From positions 62,001-126,000 of the forward strand of contig NW_026861864.1 in assembly GCF_026571515.1 (NCBI RefSeq): a stretch of DNA of 64,000 nt, given 5' to 3'. Made by a program: the position numbers and the translations under genes. The stretch comes from Ruditapes philippinarum. Taxonomy: Eukaryota. Below the pieces are notes generated by a model. The model worked only from the letters and a program-made list of their open reading frames with translations. It searched no databases and was not told the DNA's origin. Shown here one piece after another: positions 39,128-50,224 of this stretch (position 1 is its first letter; each line of letters begins with the position of its first letter).

Positions 39128-40600
39128 TAATAATATATAAATAATAAGTTTACGACTTTACAATTTTCGAATCGATGGTGAAATAAGCCAAACGAGAATA
39201 CATCTGATAAGCAAAAGTTTGTTTGTTCATTTTGTTGTTTATTTTTTCCTTTTTTGATTGGTTTTTACGTCGTACCAACACAGAACCACCGAACAGAACC
39301 CTCAAGAATTCAAGATAAAGAAATTCATTCCAGTAACTGTTGTTACGGTAGCTTTAGCTATTTTTTAATGGAGTCTCTCCGGCTGTATAAATTATATACA
39401 TGTACTTTTATTGCAAAAATGTTTCATTTGTGAAATATTCTTTTACACTGATATAAAAATAATAATAATGATTAAAAGGTCTTACAAATTCAATTTCTTT
39501 GAAGTACTTGTCAATGTCTTGACCAACAGTCGGATTCAATCGTAATCCACGGTGCATCAGTGGGTAATCATAGTCCACGCCAAACACGAAGAAGCCATGT
39601 GACGCTAGTTTGGTGAGAAATATACTGTAGAACTCGGCGGGGACAAGTGTGTTTAGGCCACCGAGGAAATATATCACTGCGTAGTCGCCAACTTCCAGTG
39701 GGAAATATACTTAAAAACATAGTATATTGTCATTACAGCAAAGTCAACATCATACAAACACTTGGCTAAAAGAGTGTGTGAAAATATAACTTCGAACGTT
39801 TCCGATAATTAATTTCTTTCTTTTTTGTGAGGGGGAGTACGTGTAGTTGTCAAAAGTTTCAGCAGCAATTATCGGACTATAAAATAATGAAAAAACGTTA
39901 GACAATCTTTAAAAATCAACTGAAAACTGGACCAAAGAGGTGTGTCTTTCGGCCTACTGTTTATCAAACTTATTCTTGTAATATTTGTTTTGTTTTTCAT
40001 ATCAAATTCTACTGTTTTTTTTTTTGGTTTTTTTTTTAATTTTTTTGCATCACAACGTGAATCTTATTTTTATACAGATAAAAAGTCTTACCTTTCACAT
40101 GTTTAGGGCTGGCATCCACTGTAATAGATACTGTCAACTCCCCAACTTTCAGTGGACCATCATTGTACGGAATACCTTGGTCAACATAGAGCGCTAAACC
40201 TGTCGCAATATTGAGAAAGAGATTTTTCAGCTTCGTTAATGATATTTCATATATTGAATTACTATTATACAAAAATATGTCAGTTTAAAGAGAACTTTAA
40301 ACGTAAACATAAAGCTTTGAATATACATTTGAATGAAGGGTTCACTTCTAAAAATAACGGCCGTTCCTTTGTGAACCCTTCATTCAAATGTCCATATTGC
40401 ACATGGCAATCAATAAGATTTAACTTAAATTTTAAGATTTTAAATTTCAAATAGACTTGCAACGTTAATTAAGCTATATATAGGTAGCTGTTAAACATTT
40501 TCTAAATTTAACGATGATGATTTTCATTAACAAAAATAGACAGACTTAATGTAGACTTACCGCAAGTCACCAGACTTAGAAAAAATAATATGTCCTTCAT
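36580..40600 (-). CDS. Chlorophyllase-like secreted alpha/beta hydrolase, 7 exons, 305 aa
   Basis: Exons 40600-40561, 40199-40092, 39709-39486, 39056-38931, 38357-38175, 37812-37770 and 36773-36580, all GT-AG and in phase (918 nt). Motif order matches plant chlorophyllases as I recall them: P...GDYAVIYFLGG, FYSIFLTKLASHGF, CHSAG (GHSRG-like), FLEP (IDP-like), PGLMYGT, FPPC, DFGHCDILD, CK, RQFVQGVMASFF. N-terminal signal peptide; sequons NKT, NYT and NNT. Confidence 0.85.
36910..37351. mobile_element. MITE with internal CTCCTACGTAGGAG palindrome array and a 6-bp target duplication
   Basis: TIRs ..AAGCGTCCTGGTGCCAA / TTGGCACCAGAACGCTTTCGTA, with AAAATG on both sides. Lies in the last intron of the chlorophyllase-like gene. 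Confidence 0.75.
38440..38636. repeat. Fold-back inverted repeat (about 65-bp arms)
   Basis: AGGGAGCCGGCACAGTGTTTGG..GCATATAAAATACTTATTTGAACAC and its reverse complement. Confidence 0.85.
40325..40391. repeat. Perfect 21-bp stem hairpin
   Basis: ACATTTGAATGAAGGGTTCAC ... GTGAACCCTTCATTCAAATGT. Confidence 0.9.
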
Positions 40601-41795
40601 TTCTTTAATGTTTTTAAAATTGTATTTGTATTTCAAATCTTTGTATCAAAATCTGTTGTTATAAAATCGGTAAAGTTTGTTTATCGTCTGAAGATAAATT
40701 GAGTAGTTATATTTACTCTAGATATAATTCTCGTCGTCGTTCATTTATCAACAAATGAATATCATTTTGTTTAAGCAGTTGTAGCTTACAGACTGTTACA
40801 GTGCATATAGACGTAAGACAATTTCTATTAGGCCACTTAATCTCTTACCACGCTCAATATCTTATACGAACGTGTCCATTTTTCAATCTGGACACGACTA
40901 TGCATCGTATATAGGGAAATTTTCATATGTAATGACTGAATGATGAACTGTGTCGACCATGGTCAGACAGCAATGTACCGGAATTATGACCAACTCCTCA
41001 GTCTTAATATTTTGACCCCCCGATCAACGTATTATGACCTCCCCACACGGAAAAAAAATGACCCTCGTGAAGAATAAAGACCCCTCTGGACCTCTGCTCT
41101 GGCATATTAAAAAGCTATTAGTTCTTTGCGAAAGTGGAGACTCTCGTACATGTAAAAATTTTGACAGCATGGGTGGCTAAACTGTTCTCCGGTGAATTTA
41201 AAGTGGCTTACAGCCATGATCCCGAGGTTAAACTACCACCACCACCTTGAAGTGGTTGTAAATATGTTACATGTACGGTTAATGATTAGGCTTGCAAATC
41301 TGTACAGTCTTACCCGTTTCAGCAGTGTCGGCTGCTTAAGTTTAACCTACTTTTTTCTTGCAGTCCATGACATTACCTTTTCTATTGCAAGTAGGATAAG
41401 TCATTTAAGAAATTAAATGCCGAATTTGGCAAAAAACGCCCCCAGGCAATATTTGCAAACAAAGTGTGAAAAATATCTTTCACATTTAATGCATATAAAA
41501 CGTTTTTGAAACGTTCATGTTTTGCAGAAATTAAACAATTCCCATATTGACATAAAATGAAAAGTAGAAAAAAACTTTAAAGTCAAGATTTTCCTTGAAA
41601 TTACATATGATCTTCTTGAAATTTCATAGCGAACTGAAAAGGACGAAAACTGATACCCGCTTAGTTTGCATAACTATTTTTGTATATATACCAATTCAAG
41701 ACACAAACAGGAAAACGCATATTTTTAAAGTCAGACCTTTGATAAAAGGGCGGACAGCTATTTGTCCCTTTCTCGTATGAGAAGGGGAATCATGT

Positions 41796-41867
41796 GATGC
41801 GTGTATGTGGTCGCACGGTCACTTTCCTTCCAACATGTCCTCGATGCGTGTATGTGGTCGCACGGTC
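41796..41867. repeat. 25-bp perfect direct repeat x2
   Basis: GATGCGTGTATGTGGTCGCACGGTC at 41796-41820 and 41843-41867. Confidence 0.85.
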
Positions 41868-41978
41868 GAAAATCTCTAAAAACATGACGTTTTTCGTATT
41901 GTTTCGAACCGACTAAACTTACTCTTCAATATTTTCAATTTTTGTAGTTTGGGGGTTCAGGAATTCTTTCTTTTTTTC

Positions 41979-42506
41979 TACGGAAGCGTCCTTAATTTTC
42001 TACATAAAAACTCGTAATAAGGACTTCTTTACTTTTAATTAGGAGTAATAAACGCTTAATTAGTACTTTGTTACTTCTAAACAGAAGAAAAACCTTATTA
42101 GATCTTTATGACTCCCAGTTGCAACTTATTAGGCTTTTTAACTTTTAATTAGGAGAAATCAGCCTAATTACGACCTTGTAACTCTGATAATTAGTTAGTA
42201 CTTTCATGCACTAATTAGGAGCTAAGAAATAAAATCATACTTAAATCTCTCCAACTGCTCAATAGGCTTTTAATTAGGATTTTGTTTCTACTGACTACTC
42301 ATAAGTGTATAAATTCTCCTAATACGGCATTTTAAACTTCATTGACAGTTACAAATTAAATTTTTTTTAAAGAAAATAGCACATAATCAGAAGTTTGTAA
42401 ATTCCTTAATAGGAAAAAGAAACTCGTTATCATGGGTTTGTAAGTCCTAAGTAGGATTTCTAACTCCTAAATTTTGAAAGGCTATTAAAAGTTAAGAAGC
42501 CTCCAT
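41979..42506. mobile_element. Decayed relative of the 36910-37351 MITE
   Basis: Ends TACGGAAGCGTC / GAAGCCTCCATA with degenerate TAATTAGGAG/ACTCCTAA sub-repeats. Confidence 0.5.
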
Positions 42507-42529
42507 AACATAGACAAGTTGTCATATGG

Positions 42530-42670
42530 TAGTAACACCGACACTGTAAAAGCCATATGGCGACTTTCCAGCTTTGCAGGTAGAGGAAGGTAACAGGTGC
42601 CCCTTGTAGCATTACTTAAGGCACAAACATGCACGTTAGTAGAACCACCAACATAGTTGGAAAGCTAGCT
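42530..42670 (-). mobile_element. Partial SINE, same family
   Basis: CATATGGCGACTTTCCAGCTTT...AGAACCACC...AGCTAGC. Confidence 0.55.
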
Positions 42671-42695
42671 TTGATTGGGCCTTTTCATAGACAGT

Positions 42696-43295
42696 ATGCC
42701 CTCTAGCACCGGCTTATACAGAATACAACATTTAAACATGGACATGGTGAAATTTGGAATTTTGAAACATCCGCAGATGTGTTTATAATGGTTATCGTGG
42801 AAACCTTCAATGTGACACATTAGTGCCCTTTCATGAGAAGTGACGTATCGTCAACAAGTATTAGAATACGTGAGAACTAAATAAAATGGAATTTTGAAAA
42901 GGGATCAGAGGCTTTAGATAAGCTGTCAAAAGAACAATTTAAAAATCAGACCACATATCCGTTTGGTGATTATACAGTTCTCAAGTAAGGAATACTGGAA
43001 CCACTTTAGTTAAAAAAACTAAAAAGAAGGAACTCAAAGTGCCACACACGCACGCACGCACACACGCACTGAATGTCGTGTTAGATTATCTCCAATGATC
43101 TGAATATCTCTGATTGTAAAATACTTTTTTGGATTCCAGCACTTTTAAGTGTTGAAAATTGTGTACCGCTCAAGCCGGTGCTAGGGGGCATGAGGGATGT
43201 TGCACTTTTTTTCATTATCCTTTATGTACACACTCAATCAAACCGAGTCATGTAATTTTGTTGTGAATTATGCTTCCAAGGGACCACCCTCTTTC
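42696..43295 (+). mobile_element. Composite repeat, copy A (inverted-repeat element plus attached flank)
   Basis: IRs ATGCCCTCTAGCACCGGCTT / AAGCCGGTGCTAGGGGGCAT (42696-43191) plus about 100 bp also found, inverted, at 53160-53315. Confidence 0.65.
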
Positions 43296-44938
43296 CAGAT
43301 CTCCATGGCATAAGAAAGCGGTATTCACAAAGACACCAACGTTGTATTGTGTGCGGCAGAAAATCTTTAAAAAAATGTACTTGACGTTGACCCGCTAATG
43401 ACGTTGTTCATAAAAACGTACAGACATTGTGCCATGTACGGATATCATGTAATGTGTTGGTTATTCGAGTAAAATTCACAGGACTTGTTTATTTGTTTTC
43501 GCTGTTCTCAAATATGTCTTTTGATAGTCCAGCACATTTGGTAAAAATTTCCTCTTCACCCGCACATATTTTATTGAACCATACGCATATATCTCCAGGC
43601 GAATATGTTGGTGTAACATCATTTCCTCCAAAATGTAAAATAATCCATCAGCTTCAGAATAAAGGTCTGCATCCATTTGATCTGTTCTTATGTGACCCTT
43701 ACCAAGGACTTTAACATTTCTTGTTATACACATTATATTTGTATTTTTGCAGAACTTCATTAGCTTGTTCATGAAAGAGCAAAATAAAGTTACGCAGACA
43801 AGAAACAACGAATCAAATCTAAGGTCCTTTTCTTTTTTTTTTTTTTTTTTTTTTTTGCCGGAGCACATCTTACAATGCATGTGGCGTTAAGGATTTCTTT
43901 GCTTAATCGTTTGTTTTTGTTAGACATGAGCTTGTAAATACAAAACTTCATAGTACATGTATTCAATAAAGAGAATAATTCAATGTAGCTTGAAATACGT
44001 TTTTTTTAAAAATATTTGTGGAGCTGTTTCAAGAGAGTGAAAACAAAATTCGATCAATTCAACGATTTAAATCTTTATTACATATAATAAAAACTGTGAT
44101 AAAAACTTACATTCATACATCATTCGGATATAAAAAAAAACATTTTGCACCCTTGCTGGACAAAATTATATCAAAATACAAAATGTATATATATGTACAC
44201 GTTTACACATAACGACATCTAATAATACTGACTTAAGTGTAAATAAATGAACGTATTGCAAGGTTGCACGAGTTATCACAATTGTTATCACATAGTTATC
44301 ACATAATAACATTTATATGTATTGATAGGATAATATAGAAACTTTTGTCACATCACTCATGTTATCTCCAGGTCATACATTCATCAATATCTTGTTTACA
44401 TAAGGCAAATTCATCGCGTTCCGTTCCTGATTTATTTTGAGAAAACGTCTGCTTAACATGATTTGTGTTGCTCTGATTAGAGCACCTAACTTTATAAGAT
44501 ACACGGAAAGACTATTAAAAGACAGTTTCTAAGATAATTATGATGAATGTATGACCAGAATGGACAAAGCCAAACATCTTGACGTCACAGATATGAAATT
44601 GTAACGTCAAAACTTTATTTTGCTGGGACGTCAAAAAGAAGCCAATAACTTTTTAAAGCATTACTCGTTTTCGCGTGATCTTTAAAAAATATGGTTCTGA
44701 AGAAAAGATATATGAACGTTTTCAGTTATTGTGTCTGATTTTGTTGTTGTTGTTTTTTCTTGTTTCATCTTTATTGCTTTCTTCGATGCTCTGCAGAAGA
44801 TATTTAAATCTTGTTGTTTCTTGAAAACAGTCTACAAAGAACGACGGCACTTGGCATTGTCCATTTCACACTTGCAACAACTAGTAACATATAAGCACAA
44901 TAAATATAAAATTATAGATAATCTAAATAGAGTTTATA

Positions 44939-47900
44939 TTAGGAAATAGCCTCTGATGGCCAGTTTAGCTGGCGCACGAGACCACCCTTTGGATTAGCAT
45001 ATCTTCCATATTTATCCAGCGCGTGCTCTCTGTGTGATGACCGCCAGCCGATATTTTGTGCAGTAGTTTTCGGATATGGTCTAGGAGACGGATCAACTTT
45101 GATATACTTTTCTATTGGTGTAACAGGATGGGCTTCCATCGGTTCCACATCTTTGTGTCGTTTTTCTTTTTTTGGCATATCGTCTTTTACTAACTGTAAG
45201 GCAAGAAATGTAAACTATACAAAACAGAAAACGCACAGCATATTACTTTTATAATTGTTTAGCAAACATATCTATATGTACATCTACTTCAATAAAATTC
45301 AATGATGAAAAATTGTACAATATGATATGTGCTTCACTGATGATTTCTTTTTCCTAGCAAACAGTGTTTCGCCAAAACATTAAAACTTTCAAGCAATTAA
45401 TATTTATATTCAAAGAAATTTCAGCTTTTTACTTTGGGGGCGGGGGTAGGTTGCGCCAATTAAGAAGAGGTCGTATGGCGACTTTCCAAGACCTCGGGTG
45501 CCATTACATGCACGAGCGGGGCCTGAGTAGAACTACTGGCATTCCGTAAGCTAGCTGGATAGCTTTCTCACAAGAAAGAAGCCAAAGTCCCTAGCGGATT
45601 CAAACCTGCAGCGGTGAGGGCCAAGTGGTTTGAAGTCAACGACCCTAAATCAATCGGCCATGGGCATCCCGTATTCTAATGATAAATGCAATATTTATCT
45701 GGTTCTGTACATATTTGTTTGTTTCAATAAGTTTTATTAGTTTACACAAAGCATTGTAAATGAACAAATTATTGAAGGACCCTTAACCTGCGATTTTGCT
45801 GAAACAGAACTTTAGCCACATGTGTTTGGTTCTAAGTAGAGTCATTTTTTTTCTTCACATGATTGATTTTTGTCAATATTTATGATGTTTGGATGATTTA
45901 AGGGTTTGGGTTGTAGAGGGGGAACAAGGGTATAATGCAAGTCACGCCGAACACCTGTAATTTCAGTTTTAAGGAATTTAAACGATAAAAGGCTTATAAC
46001 TTCTGGCAAGGGCTATAATAAATAAACTTTCGAACTTTCTAGACTTGATTTTCCCCTCAAGAGACAATTTTTTTGATAATTGGCAGCTTTAATTATTTAT
46101 CATAGATAAATGTATTTAAGTTCTAGCATTTCAGTATGTGAACTTACGTCCTCGTATTTGGTGGTCAGGAAATTCCAGTTGTCTGGCCAGTACTTAGCTG
46201 CCGTTTCTTCCAGCTTAACATGGTCTTTCCTGGAATAGTGTAGATCGTATAATATACATTAGTTTTGTCATACAAACGCTTATATGATATATCATGAAAG
46301 AAAAAAAAGTTAATATAATCCGTTTTGAAAAAAAAATCATATTTCAACATCTATAATAATACACACATTTATTATAATAGATGTATAGGTTGTATTATTA
46401 TAGATTTTGAAATATGATTTTTTTCTTCCAAAACGGCTTATATTTAAGGTTTTTGATATATATGATCAGTACATGTGCTTGCGGATTGACAAATATGTAT
46501 TTTATTTGATTTTAAAGGCGTTTTGAGCTCCCAAAACCCCAGTGTCGTTGGGAATATATAAACTTAAACATATAGAAGGATATTTTATTATTGAAAACAT
46601 TCTTTAAAACGGAAAGTGAATCCATCTGCTAGCTATTTATCGGCTTGGCTCATTTGTTTATTTCAACTGACCTGTTTAATTAACTAGATATCAAATGTTG
46701 TTGACCTTTCATTATTTTATGCATATTATATGTCTGAATTATGTTTTACATCTTTTTTAACATAATATATCAATTGATATAATCCTTAGAGTGATGAAGC
46801 GTTTCTTCTGATTATTTTTACAATAATAGAATCTCCGAACACACATTTCAAATGAAAACGCTTTTCTTAATACAAATACATAGGAATGTTTGAACTTTAA
46901 AAAGTCAGACAAGAAGTTGATTGTAATACATGTTTGTACATTAATTTCACTTCAAAATTATTCATGGAAAAATCTAAAAATTAGAATTTAGAATTGGAAA
47001 TTAGAAAAAAAGTGATAATGCAAAACTGCTATAAATTAGGTAAACTGGTACTGTCTATTAGGTTTAAAACGATGTTTGAGAAAAGTTATTCACCAATATC
47101 GTATTTTACATTGGATTATTTTTTATTTGCAAGTATCAAGGTTATAAAAATAGCTACACATAAATTCTTTCATTTTTTTTTCATTTTTTTAAAGAATAGC
47201 ATACACATGCATGAAATTATTGAAATATCTTTTGATAAACTTACGATAGAAATATGTAACCCTAAATATTGTGTTAGTGAGATTCCTGATACGAAAAGTA
47301 AATTACAAATACTGCTGCTATAAATGTTGGGGGTATGTTTACCTATACACATAGATAGTGGCCCAAATAAATATTAGACATCTATAAATCTCATAAATAA
47401 TCCCCGTAAATTATCAGATTATAAATGGTTCTAATCCATATTGTAAATTGCGAACGAGTGGCTAGATAAACACACAGCCTTTTCAACGGAATTAATGTTT
47501 AAACTGACTGATACCCCCCCCCCCCTTCTTTATATAGCCGCAATAGCAGGATTATCCTAAACGAAAAACATTTCCCCAGTCGTCTGCTAATCTATTGACA
47601 ACTATAATGTGTTAAGAACGAATCGTTTTAAATGCTTATCGAAATAATTCAAATGAAAGTTTTATGAACCGTTCATTGTACAATTGTTATGAATTAATGT
47701 CAGTATTTGACTATATGACCACTTGACCGTTGTGTTATGCAACGAGTGACGTTTGCAACGATGCCTTATTGCATTTTAAATTCAGGTTTTCAAATTTATC
47801 TTAAATTTGAATAATATATATGTTGTCTAAAGAGAGCTTCAGAGTAAATGATTAATGGTCTACATTTTCGGTCATTTTCTCTAAGTAATAATCATAAATG

Positions 47901-49169
47901 CACGAAACTTCTAACTGACTTTCTTCCCCTCTGAACAAATCTACTTTAGCGTACGCAACTTTGCGTTGTTTTATTAAGTTGGTTCATGTTGGGTACTTTT
48001 AGATTCCATGTTAATATACAGCATACATGTAAAAATGGCAAACTACAGGAATGGATGTCATTTGAACAGATTTTGGCATTACTAAGTCAATCGAAAATAA
48101 TGCGACAAAATTATTAATTTGAGTTCTACCGCGTCCACACGCGTATGACGTGATTGTCCTCCCTAAACTTTATTTTTCCGAATAGTTATTAAAAATTCAT
48201 GGTAGGGAAGAGAAATATAATGCTATGCATAGAAGTTAACTTGATTAACAATAGGTCTATATATAGCATGAATATAAAATTGGCATTATAAGAGAGGGAC
48301 ACATCAATAATGGTTTGTTTACCGGATTGATTTCGTATATCTGTCTTCCCAGTCTCGCACTAAACATTTCACTACGATCAATGTTTTAAACAAACATACA
48401 GTATGATTCTCGATGTATAGAGACATGTATATATAGTAGTTTCTAAGTTCATGGGCCAGTTGCTAAATAAATTAATGATATCTCTTGGTTCGATTATTTT
48501 TCCTGTTTCCAATGATTTGGTCACCCACTAATTTGCTTGATATAAAAAAACTAGTTTTTTTTTCATTAAAATATTTATCCTTCTGTTCATTTTAATTTCC
48601 TAATACATATAAAATAGTAGTTTCATTCATGTTTAAGGTAAACAATAAAACACCAGAAACTAAAACAACAACAGAATTAACGTTAGTTTTATACTTAAGG
48701 CCCAATATGCTCCAAAATAAGATAAACTTTTATTTCTCAAAACTTTTATGTATAATAATTGTTGTCTAAAAGTTATCACTGGCCATTTAGATTAGCCATT
48801 CTTTGCTTCTTTTACATTTTAGAATTTAGCATAGTTATGCTGATTAAGATTTTTTTTGGCAGCCAAAATACCACTTTGTTAACATTTTGCTACTTTTATG
48901 AGAAGTTATTTTACATTTGTTAATACTTTTTTCAAGTGATAAACATCTAACATGCTTAAAATGTATTACTTAAACAGTATAAAACACGTACATATTTGCC
49001 CTGTCTCAAAAAGAAACAAACATTCACATGTGAACCTTAATGTGCCTTTAATGCATTAAAGACATCGATTAAGAAATTAAGATACTAACCAAATTTGATC
49101 CTGTGCCACAAAGTTGCACTTCGAAGCTGCGTTAGAAGGAGCTGCGCCCCCTTTCCCAGCTGCCGCCAT
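44939..49169 (-). CDS. CIMIP1: Ciliary microtubule inner protein 1 (C20orf85/LLC1 family), 3 exons, 138 aa
   Basis: Exons 49169-49090, 46229-46148 and 45193-44939, in phase. NFVAQDQIWKDHVKLE...WPDNWNFLTT...PVTPIEKYIKVDPSP..PKTT...IGWRS...L.WP follows the C20orf85 motif series. Confidence 0.88.
45445..45670 (-). mobile_element. tRNA-derived SINE, same family (CIMIP1 intron 2)
   Basis: TATGGCGACTTTCCA...GCACGAGCGGGGCCTGAGTAGAAC...GATTCAAACCTGCAGCGGTGAGGGCCAAGTGGTTTGAAGTCAACGACC. Confidence 0.7.
46285..46465. repeat. Fold-back inverted repeat
   Basis: CCGTTTTGAAAAAAAAATCATATTTCAACATCTATAATAATACA and a near reverse complement. Confidence 0.75.
48695..49051. mobile_element. TTAA-flanked element, family B (in CIMIP1 intron 1)
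   Basis: TTAAGGCCCAATATGC...AATGTGCCTTTAA, homologous to 4140-4490. Confidence 0.5.
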
Positions 49170-49337
49170 TTTGTTCCGAATTTAATCCAAAAGTTGTGTC
49201 AGAATATTCTTTAAACACATTCAATATTTAAAACCAATCCTTTGTTCAAAAACTGTTTTTCAATGTGTAAGATTTATGTTTACGTAACTTCCTCCAATAA
49301 AATAAAAGAAGAGTTTGTTGAACGCGACAAACGCCCC

Positions 49338-49349
49338 GTACCTAGCAAC
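49338..49349. promoter_or_regulatory. RFX X-box-like motif upstream of CIMIP1
   Basis: GTACCTAGCAAC, with a perfect TAGCAAC half-site, about 170 nt upstream of the ATG of a ciliary gene. Confidence 0.5.
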
Positions 49350-50038
49350 GCGTACTTCACAATAGCAAATACTTATACTTTACGACAACACACTTTCCAT
49401 TTCCAATTAGGTATGTACGCATAAATTGGTATTGAAGTATTTTACTACCCGTGGTTAAGGTTAAGTCATACATTTAAAGTCCCAAGTTTTTGTTTGTAAT
49501 GTATAGTTTGTATACATTAATCGATAACCGATATTAAAATCTTATTGTCCAAAAATCAAATGTTTTGCACACTTAAAGCAAAACTAAGCGTATTATTTTA
49601 AATGCTATCTATGTTTCTGTATAGATTACGGCCATTCATTTCAAACAATATACATTATAGTTAAATTAAAAAAGATTGTTTCTAAATCCTTGCCAATTTT
49701 GGTTGGTAATGAAGCAAAGGTTATTGTCAAGGAGTGTTGAAACAAACTTAATATTATGATATATTCCTGATAAGCATTTGTCATTAAATTTTGCCAACGA
49801 TTGTCAATTGAATTTATTTTCCATTCTCCGCTGTTTAAAATCTTCTGTTTTATCAAGCTTAAGTTAAATGCAATAGTGGTTTCAAGCGCGCGCAGCTCCC
49901 CCTTTTTTACATTTGCACATAAATAATTATAATAGGTTTATTTCAAACAAGTATACACATTTACAATTTACAAATGAAATAAAACAACACATGAAATGGA
50001 TGAAAATGATGATGAGGATGACGATGATGATGATGATG

Positions 50039-50072
<34 letters not shown>

Positions 50073-50224
50073 TGATATCTTTTTAAAAAGGTAACACATG
50101 GAAATATACCGTCATAAAAAGCGTCGTGGCCTTCTAAACATTTCAGTATTTTTCATAATACTTACTTTGTAGTTATTCTTTTCCCTCCCTTACATTATTG
50201 GGACTGTTTTACCTAGCACACAGA

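Noticed and set aside
36580-40600. Algal or plant contamination as source of the chlorophyllase-like gene
   Set aside because: Contiguous with animal genes, same base composition, and an intron contains a MITE with a relative elsewhere in the window.
43171-43191. CTCF-like CTAGGGGGCA in repeat termini
   Set aside because: Only the 3' part of the motif matches; explained as a transposon inverted repeat.
43427-43880. 95-aa and 134-aa ORFs
   Set aside because: Include a poly-T-derived Lys run, with no recognisable domain or exon partners.
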